A stretch of DNA of 49,920 nt, taken from contig JAFZFJ010000193.1 of the NCBI GenBank assembly GCA_017555975.1, forward strand, positions 1 through 49,920, in the 5' to 3' direction. This DNA is from Alistipes sp. Its GTDB lineage: Bacteria; Bacteroidota; Bacteroidia; Bacteroidales; Rikenellaceae. The notes below the pieces were generated by a model. It was given only the letters and a program-made list of their open reading frames with translations. It made no database searches and was not told where the DNA came from. The position numbers and the translations under genes were made by a program. The number at the start of each line of letters is the position of its first letter. Within the stretch, counting starts at the first letter, position 1. Of this stretch, positions 8,399 through 18,399 are shown in pieces.

Positions 8399-10231
8399 AT
8401 GGCAAAAAAGATTCGATTCCTGCTTGGTTGCTGGCTCTCGACCTTTGTGTTGATGATCCTGCAAAAGCCAATCTTCATGTTGTGGTATGCCGATCGTGCC
8501 GCCGCATTCAGCCCTGCGGAGTGGTTTGCGGTGATTCGTCACGGACTGTTGCTTGACTCGACCTTGGCAGGCTATCTGACCGCCCTACCAATTCTCTTCA
8601 CGCTCATTACCCTCTGGACGGGTATTCCGGACCGCATCGGTCGGGCTATTCTGCGCGGCTATTTCTGCATCATGGCGGGGTTGATTGCACTCCTCTTTGC
8701 CATCGATTTGGGCCTTTATGGCTATTGGGGTTTCCGCCTCGATTCCACCCTGCTAATCTACCTCTCCGACCCCAAGGGGGCGATGGCCAGCCTCGATCTC
8801 CCGCTCTTCATGAAGCAAGCGGCCGTAGCGGTTGGTTATGGAGCACTGCTCATATGGGTCTGGATGAAGGTCGCCTCGTGGTTCGACGGTAGCCGCCTTG
8901 CTTGGCGCAAAGCGCTGTGCTGGACCCCGGTAGTGGTGCTGCTGCTCGGCCTCGATTTTCTCTCGATTCGTGGAGGTGTAGGTCCCTCTGTAGCCAACGT
9001 ATCCAAGGTGTGTTTTTCGTCGCAACTCTTTTTGAATCACGCAGCTACCAACCCGATCTTCTCGTTCCTGTCGACCATTGGCAAGCAGGCTGACTACGCT
9101 GCCGAATACCCCTTCTACGAAGCCGAAGAGCTGGCCGAACATTTCGATGCCATTCGCGGCAATCGCCCCGATTCGAAACCTACGGAGGAGCTACTCAACA
9201 CGACACATCCGAACATTCTCTTTATCATCTTGGAGGGCTTCGGCTCGACCATCCTGGAGGCCGAAGAGGAGGGCGAGCCGATTGCGCCCAACCTCAAGCA
9301 ACTGAAGGAGCAAGGCATCTATTTCTCGAATCTGTATGCCAATTCGTTCCGTACAGATCGCGGACAGATGTCCATCTTGAGCGGCTTCCCGGCACAGACG
9401 CGCATCTCGCTCATGAAGCTGACACCGAAGTGTTTAGCACTCCCCTCGATTGCCCGCTCGCTCGGCAGGGAGGGGTATCGCACCCACTTCACGTACGGTG
9501 GCGATATCAACTTCACGAACCAATCCTCGTATATGTATGCCACGGGATGGGAGGAGCTCTATTGGCAGCAGGAGATGTCGTTCGATGCCCCCACCTCAAA
9601 GTGGGGCTACGACGACCGCGCCGTAGGGAATGACTTAGCGGAACACATCATCTCGTTTGCCGCCGAGGAACGCCCCTTCCTGGCCGGCTGGCTCACCCTC
9701 TCGAGCCACGAACCCTTCGAGGTGCCCTTCGATAAATTTGCAGATCCGATAGCCAATGCTTTTGCCTTCACCGACAGTTGCATCGGTGCACTCGTGGAGC
9801 GTCTGCAGCACACTCCGGCATGGGAGAACCTGCTACTGGTGCTGGTGGCTGACCACGGCATGCCCCGATTCCGCGAAGGGACTTGGAGTGAGACCGAGAT
9901 CCACCGCATCCCGATGATTTGGGCCGGAGGTGCCATCAAGAGGCCGCAAGTGGTTCAGGCATACGGTTCACAAATCGACATTGCAGCCACGCTGTTGGCG
10001 CAGTTGGGCATCGACCACAGCGACTTCGACTACTCGAAAGACCTGCTCGATCCTACCCTGCCGAAATTCGGCTATTATACATACAATGAGGGATTTGTGA
10101 TGATCGACTCCGAGCACGAATCGGGATGGGATGCCCCCTCCAATCGCACAACCGATGGAGCTGACGAAAAGCAGATCACCCAGGGTAAAGCTCTTCTGCA
10201 ACAAACCTACGAGGATATCGCTCGTCGCTAA
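8399..10231 (+). CDS. LTA synthase family / sulfatase-like membrane protein
   Basis: About 5 N-terminal TM helices, then NILFIILEGF, RTDRG, TLSSHEPF and LVADHG alkaline-phosphatase-superfamily motifs. Confidence 0.85.
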   Translation: MAKKIRFLLGCWLSTFVLMILQKPIFMLWYADRAAAFSPAEWFAVIRHGLLLDSTLAGYLTALPILFTLITLWTGIPDRIGRAILRGYFCIMAGLIALLFAIDLGLYGYWGFRLDSTLLIYLSDPKGAMASLDLPLFMKQAAVAVGYGALLIWVWMKVASWFDGSRLAWRKALCWTPVVVLLLGLDFLSIRGGVGPSVANVSKVCFSSQLFLNHAATNPIFSFLSTIGKQADYAAEYPFYEAEELAEHFDAIRGNRPDSKPTEELLNTTHPNILFIILEGFGSTILEAEEEGEPIAPNLKQLKEQGIYFSNLYANSFRTDRGQMSILSGFPAQTRISLMKLTPKCLALPSIARSLGREGYRTHFTYGGDINFTNQSSYMYATGWEELYWQQEMSFDAPTSKWGYDDRAVGNDLAEHIISFAAEERPFLAGWLTLSSHEPFEVPFDKFADPIANAFAFTDSCIGALVERLQHTPAWENLLLVLVADHGMPRFREGTWSETEIHRIPMIWAGGAIKRPQVVQAYGSQIDIAATLLAQLGIDHSDFDYSKDLLDPTLPKFGYYTYNEGFVMIDSEHESGWDAPSNRTTDGADEKQITQGKALLQQTYEDIARR

Positions 10232-10301
10232 CAAAATACCTGCTTTTGGGGATTGTGTAATACATGGCAAGGGGATAAATTTGTCGCTGAAAAGAGAACA
10301 G

Positions 10302-11240
10302 ATGTATCAGACAGAACGATATACGAGCAACGACCGCATGTGCGACCTAGTTTCGGAGCACTATGCCGTCCTGCAGATCATGAGCCGATTCAGCATTTCA
10401 CTCGGCTTTGGCGATCGCACCATTGGTGAGGTGTGTGCCGACCATCGGGTCGATGCCTCCACCTTCCTGGCTGTAGTCAACCTACTTATTGGCAATGGTC
10501 AGCTTATTCAGCCCATGAGCGATATCTCGGTGGCAACGCTGACCCAATACCTAAAGAATGCCCACCGCTATTTCCTCGACTTCCGTCTCCCATCGATTCG
10601 TCGCAAGCTGATCGAGGCGATCGATTGCTCGCTCAGCGACGTCTCGTTTGCCATCATGCGCTATTACGACGAATATGTGGCCGAGGTACAAAAACATATG
10701 GCCTACGAAGAGCAGACCGTCTTTCCCTATGTAGAATCACTCCTCGAGGGAAAGCCCCAGAGCGACTATTCGATCGAGATTTTCCGCAGCCTGCACGAAA
10801 CGGTGGCCGACCACCTCAAGGAGCTGAAGCAGATCATCATCAAATACTACCCGACGCACACAACCGACGAGTTGAACGACGCACTGTTTGATATCTTCAC
10901 CTGCGAGCAGGAGCTCACGGCCCACAACCGCGTGGAGGATGAACTCTTTATCTCGGCGATCGAAGAGTTGGCTGCACGCGTGGAGTTGGCTCCGAAGCAG
11001 GAGGCCGAGACCGAGAGCCTCAGCGCCCGCGAAAAGGAGATCATTGTTTGTGTAGTAAAGGGGTTGACCAACAAGGAGATAGCCGACGAGCTCTACATCT
11101 CGACCCACACGGTGATCACCCACCGTCGCAACATCGCCTCGAAGCTCCAGATCCATTCGGCAGCCGGCCTGACGATCTATGCCATCGTGAATAAGCTGGT
11201 CGATCTGTCCGAAATCAAGGAGACCATCACTCGTGAATAA
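10302..11240 (+). CDS. Hemerythrin-domain / LuxR-type HTH transcriptional regulator
   Basis: ScdA_N-like N-terminus, His-rich hemerythrin motifs (HRYF, HMAYEE, HNRVED), C-terminal LSAREKEI..GLTNKEIADELYISTHTV; TAAATTTG promoter at 10276-10283; start MYQTE. Confidence 0.85.
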   Translation: MYQTERYTSNDRMCDLVSEHYAVLQIMSRFSISLGFGDRTIGEVCADHRVDASTFLAVVNLLIGNGQLIQPMSDISVATLTQYLKNAHRYFLDFRLPSIRRKLIEAIDCSLSDVSFAIMRYYDEYVAEVQKHMAYEEQTVFPYVESLLEGKPQSDYSIEIFRSLHETVADHLKELKQIIIKYYPTHTTDELNDALFDIFTCEQELTAHNRVEDELFISAIEELAARVELAPKQEAETESLSAREKEIIVCVVKGLTNKEIADELYISTHTVITHRRNIASKLQIHSAAGLTIYAIVNKLVDLSEIKETITRE

Positions 11241-11264
11241 AACCGAGTGAACAAAAAAGACAGC

Positions 11265-11307
11265 AAAGGCTGTTAACGGGAATCTTTCATCACCGTTAAC
11301 AGCCTTT
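11265..11307. terminator. Bidirectional terminator between convergent genes
   Basis: AAAGGCTGTTAACGG ... CCGTTAACAGCCTTT, a perfect 15-bp stem. Confidence 0.8.
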
Positions 11308-11332
11308 AGTATTCTTTCTGATTTTGTCCCCG

Positions 11333-11638
11333 TTACGCTTCGCCCATCTTGGGACCGGCACTCGAGGGCGAGATCGGGGTGGGAATTTCGATCTTACCCA
11401 TCGTGGTCTCGTAGCGAGCGATATTCTCCTGCAGGGTGCGCAACAGACGCTTCGCATGCTCGGGCGTGAGGACGATGCGGCTCTTCACGCGCGCCTTCTG
11501 CATGCCGGGCATCACTGTTGCAAAGTCGAGCACAAACTCCGACGTGGAGTGGTTGATCAGGGCAAAATTCGAATAGATACCCTCTGCAATCTGCTCGTCA
11601 AGTTGAATCTCCAGACCTGCCTGTTTTACTTCTGCCAT
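11333..11638 (-). CDS. DUF3467-family protein
   Basis: EGIYSNFALINHSTSEFVLDF and SRIVLTPEHAKRL match the Bacteroidota DUF3467 pattern; TAATTTTG promoter at 11669-11662. Confidence 0.85.
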   Translation of the reverse strand: MAEVKQAGLEIQLDEQIAEGIYSNFALINHSTSEFVLDFATVMPGMQKARVKSRIVLTPEHAKRLLRTLQENIARYETTMGKIEIPTPISPSSAGPKMGEA

Positions 11639-11805
11639 AGTTTTCTGTTTGTTTGACACGGCAAAATTAGCCAATCGAAGATTGCGGTATACAACTTCGG
11701 CTCCAAAGTTTTCGATAATTTATCAACATCTTTCGTTTTTCACACCACGGATGCCACCTTTTTTTCCTATCTTTGCCTGGTAAAACGGTTTAAGCAGATT
11801 TTTTC

Positions 11806-12480
11806 ATGACGGTTTCGCTCATAGAGGTTCTTTTGCGCGGTCTGATGGTCGGCGTTGCCGCATCGATTACGGTGGGTCCCGTAGCGGTGCTCTGTATCCA
11901 GCGTACCCTCTCGAAGAGTCGCCGATCAGGCATTGTCTCGGGCTTTGGCGTAGCTGCTGCAGATACGATTATGGCCATTGCCGCTCTGCTCTTCTACTCG
12001 ATGCTTGAGCACCAGATTCAGCAGTACAACACCTTGCTGCGCGTCGTAGGCGGTATCTTTGTCGTCATCGTTGGTGTCTACATCTTCTCGCAAAACCCCG
12101 TACCGCAGATTCGTCGCAACCGCGCCGGTCGCTCCTCACTGTGGCAGGATTTCGCCTCGATTTTCGGCCTCACGATCGCCAATTTCATCCTGATTGTTCC
12201 CTACATCCTGGCCTTCTTCGCCGTCTTCGAGATCTCGTCGAACGACATCACGGGCAGCGGACTGGCAGGATTTATGCGAGCCATCCTGACCATTGGCGGA
12301 TTCTTTGGCGGAGCAGTCGCCTGGTGGACCTTTGTGGCCTTTGTCATCAACCTCTTCCGCCGTCGTTTCCGTCCGCGTCATATGCTGACCATTAACCACG
12401 TGGCGGGCCTCGTGATTGGCCTGCTGGGTGTCTACACCATATTATCCACCTTTTTTGATATCTTCCCCGATGTCCACTAA
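11806..12480 (+). CDS. LysE-family translocator
   Basis: VGPVAVLCIQRTL, G.G.A.AD motif, about 6 TM helices; TATCTTTG promoter at 11768-11775. Confidence 0.85.
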   Translation: MTVSLIEVLLRGLMVGVAASITVGPVAVLCIQRTLSKSRRSGIVSGFGVAAADTIMAIAALLFYSMLEHQIQQYNTLLRVVGGIFVVIVGVYIFSQNPVPQIRRNRAGRSSLWQDFASIFGLTIANFILIVPYILAFFAVFEISSNDITGSGLAGFMRAILTIGGFFGGAVAWWTFVAFVINLFRRRFRPRHMLTINHVAGLVIGLLGVYTILSTFFDIFPDVH

Positions 12481-13171
12481 ACACGATAAAATCATCATCG
12501 CCATCGACGGTTTCTCGTCGTGTGGCAAGAGTACCTTCGCCAAGGCTATTGCAGCCCGCTTGGGCTATATCTTCATCGATACGGGTGCCATGTACCGCGC
12601 CGTAACCCTCTATGCCCTCGAGCACGGAGCTATCCGCTCGGGCATCGTGGACGAGGAGCAGGTGGTGCGCCAACTGAAAGACATTCAGATCACCTTCCGC
12701 TTCAACCCCGAGCGCGGAGCCAGCGACATCTACGTCAACGGCGATCGCGTGGAGGGTAAGATCCGCACGATCGAGGTCTCGAACTGCGTGAGTGCTGTGA
12801 GCGCCATCGGCGAGGTGAGAGAGATGCTCGTGAAGATGCAGCAGGAGATGGGCCAGAGAAAGGGCGTCGTGATGGATGGTCGCGACATCGGCACGGTGGT
12901 ATTCCCCGATGCCGAGCTCAAGATCTTTATGACGGCCGACCCGAAGGTGCGCGCACAGCGTCGCTACGACGAGCTGACGGCCAAGGGCGATAACGTCTCG
13001 CTGGAGGAGATTGAGCAGAACGTCCGCGATCGCGACTACCAAGATATGCATCGTGCCATTTCGCCCCTGCGTCAGGCAGAGGATGCCATCGTGCTCGACA
13101 ACTCCCACATGAGTGTCGAGGAGCAGATGACCTGGATCATGGAGCGCATCGAGGCAGCCAAGGCTCACTAA
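12470..13171 (+). CDS. cmk: Cytidylate kinase
   Basis: IAIDGFSSCGKST, DTGAMYR and MDGRDIGTVVFPDA motifs; start MSTKHD. Confidence 0.96.
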   Translation: MSTKHDKIIIAIDGFSSCGKSTFAKAIAARLGYIFIDTGAMYRAVTLYALEHGAIRSGIVDEEQVVRQLKDIQITFRFNPERGASDIYVNGDRVEGKIRTIEVSNCVSAVSAIGEVREMLVKMQQEMGQRKGVVMDGRDIGTVVFPDAELKIFMTADPKVRAQRRYDELTAKGDNVSLEEIEQNVRDRDYQDMHRAISPLRQAEDAIVLDNSHMSVEEQMTWIMERIEAAKAH

Positions 13172-13204
13172 ACCAAACTGCGAAACACCACAAGCTGATC
13201 GACC

Positions 13205-14068
13205 ATGCAAATCGTTATTGACGACAAATCGGGTTTTTGTTTCGGGGTCGTAAGGGCTATTTCCGAGGCCGAGAAGGCGTTGGAGGGGGACGGTACGGTC
13301 TATTCATTGGGCGATATTGTCCACAACCGCATGGAGGTGCAACGTCTCGAGGCGCTGGGCCTGAAGACGATTACCCACGCCGATATGGATGCCCTGGCCG
13401 GGGCACGCCTCTTTATCCGTGCCCATGGTGAGCCTCCGACGACCTACACCCACGCCCGTATGTTGGGCATTGAAGTGATCGATGCGACCTGTCCGGTGGT
13501 GGCACGTCTGCAAAGTCGCGTAAAGGAGGCTTACGAGAAGATGGCTCCGGTGGGTGGTCAAGTGGTCATCTTGGGCAAGCGCGGCCATGCCGAGGTGGTG
13601 GGGTTAACGGGCCAGGTGGAAGACCGCGCCATCGTTATCGAAAACGAGCAGGACCTCGAGCAGATCGACTTCAACCGCCCGATCTACCTCCTGTCGCAAA
13701 CCACGCAGTCGATTGCCCTCTTCAACCGCTTGGGTGAGGAGATGCTGCGCCGAGCTACCGACCCCACGCAGGTGACCATCGTCGATACGATCTGCCGTCA
13801 GGTATCGGGTCGCGAGCAGCACCTCACGGAGTTTGCCGCCAAGTTCGACCTGGTGGTCTTCGTCTGTGGCCGTAAATCTTCGAACGGCAAGGTGCTCTAT
13901 GAGGTGTGCCGCAAGGCCAACCCCCGCACCTACAACATCGAGGAGGCCAAGGAACTGGATCCTGCCTGGCTGGAGGGAATCGAATCAGTGGGCATTTGTG
14001 GAGCCACCTCCACGCCAAAATGGCTCATGGAGGAGGTCGCCGAGGCCATTCAGCAGGCAAAAAATTAA
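13205..14068 (+). CDS. ispH: 4-hydroxy-3-methylbut-2-enyl diphosphate reductase
   Basis: GFCFGV, IVHN, RAHG, DATCP, QTT, TIC, SSN and GATSTP motifs. Confidence 0.96.
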   Translation: MQIVIDDKSGFCFGVVRAISEAEKALEGDGTVYSLGDIVHNRMEVQRLEALGLKTITHADMDALAGARLFIRAHGEPPTTYTHARMLGIEVIDATCPVVARLQSRVKEAYEKMAPVGGQVVILGKRGHAEVVGLTGQVEDRAIVIENEQDLEQIDFNRPIYLLSQTTQSIALFNRLGEEMLRRATDPTQVTIVDTICRQVSGREQHLTEFAAKFDLVVFVCGRKSSNGKVLYEVCRKANPRTYNIEEAKELDPAWLEGIESVGICGATSTPKWLMEEVAEAIQQAKN

Positions 14069-14109
14069 CATGTAGCATTCAACACAAACTTAGATAAACT
14101 TTACTTGTC

Positions 14110-14592
14110 ATGAAATATATCGTTCGTTCGCTGAAATATTTTGTCGCCATGTGCGTTTTAAGTGTGGTACTGATGGGGTTGATGATCCTGACCGGCACCT
14201 CACCGATGACCGCCGAGGAGACCATCTACGTGATGTTCCATTCGGATCGCTTTGTCATGCTCGGCATTGCTATCGTGATCCTTTCGGCCACCTACCCGCT
14301 CTTCGGTTTCATGAAGCGCCAGGTAGAGGGCGACATCACGGCTCACCGTCGCCAGATCGAGAACGCCTTCCACGGCGCAGGATTCCGCCTCGTGAAGGAG
14401 GAGGACGAGGTGCTCTACTTCCGTGGTGATGGCTTCCTGAAGCGACTCACGCTCCTCTTCGAAGATGAGATTCGTGTATCGCAGTATGGGCAGTGGATCG
14501 AAATCGAGGGCATTCGTCGCGGCGTGGCCAAGGCATGGTATCTGCTCGATTCATACCTTGAAATGGTAAAGCGAGATGAGAAAAAGCAGTAA
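14110..14592 (+). CDS. Hypothetical membrane protein (2 TM)
   Basis: 160-aa ORF with host-like codon usage, in an operon, two hydrophobic segments. Confidence 0.75.
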   Translation: MKYIVRSLKYFVAMCVLSVVLMGLMILTGTSPMTAEETIYVMFHSDRFVMLGIAIVILSATYPLFGFMKRQVEGDITAHRRQIENAFHGAGFRLVKEEDEVLYFRGDGFLKRLTLLFEDEIRVSQYGQWIEIEGIRRGVAKAWYLLDSYLEMVKRDEKKQ

Positions 14593-16234
14593 AAAGATTC
14601 TTCTTTCGGGGCTGATTCTGGCCACGATCTTCGGCACGTTCCTCTACGGACACCGCGAAGATTTCGGTCTGGGTCGCAATATGGAGCTTACGGTCAACAT
14701 GATGCGTGAGCTCTCGCTCAATTATGTCGATTCGATCGACACGGACAAGTTGATGGAGGGGGCCGCTGCCGGCATGGTGCGCGACCTGGACCCCTACACG
14801 GAGTACATCCCCGAACAGCAGATGTCCGACTTCGAGGTACTCACCACGGGTAAGTATGGCGGTATCGGCTCATTGATTCGCCAGAAGGGTGATTACGTGA
14901 TCATCGCCCAGCCTTACGAGCACTCGCCGGCCGACAAGGCAGGCCTGAAGATTGGCGATAAGATCCTCGCGATCGGCGAAGAGGACGCCAAAGGTTTCAC
15001 GACCGAGCAGGTATCGGCACGTCTGAAGGGCGAGCCCAACACCCCCGTGCAGTTAAAGGTGGAACGTGTGGATGGCTCGATTCACGAGTTGCAGATCATG
15101 CGTGAGCGCATCGTCATCCCGGCCATCTCGTATGCCGGCTGGGCAGCTGAGAGGATTGGCTACATCCGCCACGACGATTTCACCGAGGGTTGTGCTGCCG
15201 AGTTGCGCACCGCCATCGAGCAACTCAAAACGCAGGGCGACCTGCAAGCATTGATCCTCGATTACCGCTCAAATGGAGGCGGTATTATGCAGGAGGCCGT
15301 AAAGATTGTCTCGCTCTTCACCGAACGTGGCACGGAGGTCGTTCGCACCAAGGGGCGTAACGAGGAGCACGTTTACAAAACCACCTCCGATCCGATCTAT
15401 CCCGATCTGAAACTCGTGCTGCTGGTCAACAGCGGTTCGGCCTCGGCCTCGGAGATCGTGTCGGGCTCGCTGCAGGATTTGGATCGCGCCGTGCTCGTCG
15501 GCCAACGCACATTGGGCAAGGGTCTGGTGCAGACCACCCTCCCGCTGGGCTACAACGCCATGCTGAAGCTTACCACGGCCAAATACTACATCCCCTCGGG
15601 GCGTTGCATTCAGGAGATCGACTACTCGCACTCGCAGCAGGGTCGCGTGCAGGTGATCCCCGACTCACTCATTCGCGAGTACACCACCCGGGGCGGTCGC
15701 AAGGTCTATGACGGCGGTGGCATCATGCCCGACGTGCGTATCGAGCCGCAATACATCAGTCGCTTCGCCGCCACGCTCTACGGCATGGGCTTCATCGAGG
15801 ATTTCGGCGACGAGTACATCCGTCGCAACGGCTACCAACCCATCGACTGCAAGACGTTCCATATCACGGAGCAGGATTTTGCCGACTTTGTCCGCTTCAT
15901 GGAGGACAAGAAGGTGCCCTACGAGTCGGAGACTCGCCAGGCACTGGAGTTGATCAAGAAGGCGGCCAAGAACGACCGTTTCACCGAGACCCTCGAGCAG
16001 ATCGAGCAGATCGAAGCAACGCTCAAAGATGACACGAAGACCAACCTGGAGACCTATCGCCACGAGGTCGAAGAGGTCATCACGGAGGACCTTATCCTGC
16101 GTCATGGTTACCGTCGCGGCGTAACAGAAAACACCATGCAGGACGACCGCGAGTTGAAGCGCGCCATCGAGCTCCTGCGCGACAGTACCGAGTTTAACCG
16201 CATCCTGCGCGAACAGGATACGGCCCGTAAATAA
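14576..16234 (+). CDS. S41 family C-terminal processing protease (CtpA/Prc-like)
   Basis: LDPYT, PDZ domain (GGIG, SPADKAGLKIGD), DYRSNGGG, SASASEIV and GKGLVQ motifs. Confidence 0.93.
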   Translation: MRKSSKKILLSGLILATIFGTFLYGHREDFGLGRNMELTVNMMRELSLNYVDSIDTDKLMEGAAAGMVRDLDPYTEYIPEQQMSDFEVLTTGKYGGIGSLIRQKGDYVIIAQPYEHSPADKAGLKIGDKILAIGEEDAKGFTTEQVSARLKGEPNTPVQLKVERVDGSIHELQIMRERIVIPAISYAGWAAERIGYIRHDDFTEGCAAELRTAIEQLKTQGDLQALILDYRSNGGGIMQEAVKIVSLFTERGTEVVRTKGRNEEHVYKTTSDPIYPDLKLVLLVNSGSASASEIVSGSLQDLDRAVLVGQRTLGKGLVQTTLPLGYNAMLKLTTAKYYIPSGRCIQEIDYSHSQQGRVQVIPDSLIREYTTRGGRKVYDGGGIMPDVRIEPQYISRFAATLYGMGFIEDFGDEYIRRNGYQPIDCKTFHITEQDFADFVRFMEDKKVPYESETRQALELIKKAAKNDRFTETLEQIEQIEATLKDDTKTNLETYRHEVEEVITEDLILRHGYRRGVTENTMQDDRELKRAIELLRDSTEFNRILREQDTARK

Positions 16235-16256
16235 TCCCACCTAAAAGCGATTCACC

Positions 16257-17438
16257 ATGCAACTGCGTAAATATTTCTCGTTCCGCAATCGCGTTGTGCT
16301 CATTGTCGTGGGCGTCTTGCTGGGAGGCTTCTCGCTCGTCTACACGAACGACATGGCCCGCCGTCTGAAGGAGAAGGAGCAGCATGACGTAGCCCTCTGG
16401 GCCCACGCCATGGAGCGTCTGAATCGCGACGTGCTGAGTGGTACGATCATGGTGCAGGATCCGCTGGTGGACGACCTGATTTCGAGCAACAACAACATCC
16501 CGTTCATCATCACCAACGAGAATCTGGAGGTGATCTCTTCGCACCTGATTCCGGAGGAGATCATCGACCATCCGGACCGTTTGCGCCGCCAGATTGATAA
16601 GTTTACCGAGGAGAACACCCCGCGTCAGGTGCGCTTTGGCTGGACGAATCGCCACTACCACATCATCTTTTACGGCAAGTCGGCCCTGCTCAAGAGCCTC
16701 TACTACTACCCCTACGTGCAGATTACGGTCATCGGCGTCTTTATCCTGATGGCCTTCATCGCCTTCCGCTCTTCGAAGCTCGACGAGCAGAACCGCGTCT
16801 GGATCGGTCTGGCAAAAGAGACGGCACACCAGCTCGGCACACCCACCTCATCGCTGCTGGGTTGGATCGAATATCTGCGCACGCAGGATATCGACCAGTC
16901 GGCCGTCGATGAGATGAACAAGGATCTAACGCACCTGATGAAGATCGTCGATCGTTTCTCGAAAATCGGCTCCGAGACGCCCCTCACGCCGGCCAACATC
17001 AACGAGGTTGTTGGCGGCTCGGTGATGTATTTCCGCAAGCGCATCCCGCGCAACGTAACGCTCGACTACAACGGCCTGGCCATTGCTCCCATTCAGGCGG
17101 CCATCAACACGGCTCTCTTCGAGTGGGTGGTGGAGAACTTGATGAAAAATGCACTCGACGCCCTGCAGGGTCATGGTGCCATTGATGTCTATATTCACTC
17201 GGACGAGAAGCACGTGATCATCGACGTAAAAGACACCGGAAAGGGCATCGCCAAAAGCAACTGGAGCCGCATCTTCGAGCCAGGATTTACAACCAAAACG
17301 CGCGGTTGGGGCCTCGGCCTCTCACTCTCGCGCCGTATCATTGAAGAGTATCACGGAGGTAAAATCTTTGTCGCCGAATCCGAGTTGGGCAAAGGAACCA
17401 CCTTTCGTATTATCCTAAAACGTATTTTTGAAGGATGA
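16257..17438 (+). CDS. Membrane sensor histidine kinase (orphan)
   Basis: Two TM helices, AKETAHQLGTP H-box, ENLMKNALDA N-box, DTGKGI, FEPGFTTK and GWGLGL. Confidence 0.93.
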   Translation: MQLRKYFSFRNRVVLIVVGVLLGGFSLVYTNDMARRLKEKEQHDVALWAHAMERLNRDVLSGTIMVQDPLVDDLISSNNNIPFIITNENLEVISSHLIPEEIIDHPDRLRRQIDKFTEENTPRQVRFGWTNRHYHIIFYGKSALLKSLYYYPYVQITVIGVFILMAFIAFRSSKLDEQNRVWIGLAKETAHQLGTPTSSLLGWIEYLRTQDIDQSAVDEMNKDLTHLMKIVDRFSKIGSETPLTPANINEVVGGSVMYFRKRIPRNVTLDYNGLAIAPIQAAINTALFEWVVENLMKNALDALQGHGAIDVYIHSDEKHVIIDVKDTGKGIAKSNWSRIFEPGFTTKTRGWGLGLSLSRRIIEEYHGGKIFVAESELGKGTTFRIILKRIFEG

Positions 17439-18361
17439 GTCACCCCATTCCATACCGCATAGAGCAGCCTGCATCACCCACGATGCCGGCCGATATGGGA
17501 TGTGTCGATTCACTCGGTGCAGATTCGCTCATCGCGCTCCCTGCAGAATCGCCGTTTGAACTTCTCCCCTTCCAGACGCTGACCGACCTGACGGCAGACA
17601 CGACTCCCGAAAGTCACTACCGCATGGTGAGCCCCGAGGAGCTCTTTGGCTACTCGTCGTTGCAAGCCGAAATTCCCTTTCTCCGACCCCACAGCGAATC
17701 GCCAACCGCCACCACCTCTTTCAGTCTGCTAGTGCTGGCCATCCTCTGCTTCTATTGCCTGATGCTCTACCAGCACCTCGCAGATGCCGTATTACTCTGT
17801 AGTCGTGTCTCACACGAGCGAGCTACGGGCGAACGACTCTCGGAGGACTCGAACGGTGGCTACAACCGCTTTTTAGGGCTCTGCACCCTACTGGGTGTGC
17901 TGCTCGTTGGCGTTGCCACGATGCGCTATACCGCCCCGCTCCTCAACCAGACGACACTCGGTGCCTGGCCACACAGCGGCGCCTTCTTAGGGGCCGTCGG
18001 CATTGCTGCAGCGCTCGGTCTGGTAGCACTCTACGGGGTGATCATCCGCAACATCGTGGGTCGCTTGACCTATACGCAGCATCTGCTCGAGCAACTGTTG
18101 CTGATCAAGCGCACCTTTTTCGCCATGCTGACCCTTTTCGCCACTCCTTTTATGGCTTTGTGGCTGCTGACACCGCAAGGTGAGGGTCGTTTATGGTTTT
18201 GGGTGATTATCATCGAGTTGATCATAACGCTGATTTTATACCTCCAAGAGACCTTCTCGCTCTTTATTTCAAAAAAAATTTCAATATTGCATTGGTTTTT
18301 GTACCTTTGCGGCGTGGAAATTTTCCCTATCAGCTTTTTAATCCTGCTGGTAGTACGATAA
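17435..18361 (+). CDS. DUF4271-like membrane protein
   Basis: Multi-TM protein ending WFLYLCGVEIFP, directly upstream of the hemD-like gene as is usual in Bacteroidota. Confidence 0.7.
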   Translation: MSHPIPYRIEQPASPTMPADMGCVDSLGADSLIALPAESPFELLPFQTLTDLTADTTPESHYRMVSPEELFGYSSLQAEIPFLRPHSESPTATTSFSLLVLAILCFYCLMLYQHLADAVLLCSRVSHERATGERLSEDSNGGYNRFLGLCTLLGVLLVGVATMRYTAPLLNQTTLGAWPHSGAFLGAVGIAAALGLVALYGVIIRNIVGRLTYTQHLLEQLLLIKRTFFAMLTLFATPFMALWLLTPQGEGRLWFWVIIIELIITLILYLQETFSLFISKKISILHWFLYLCGVEIFPISFLILLVVR

Positions 18362-18399
18362 TTCCACCCTAACGAGATAAATAAAAAGAATCGAAGAAC

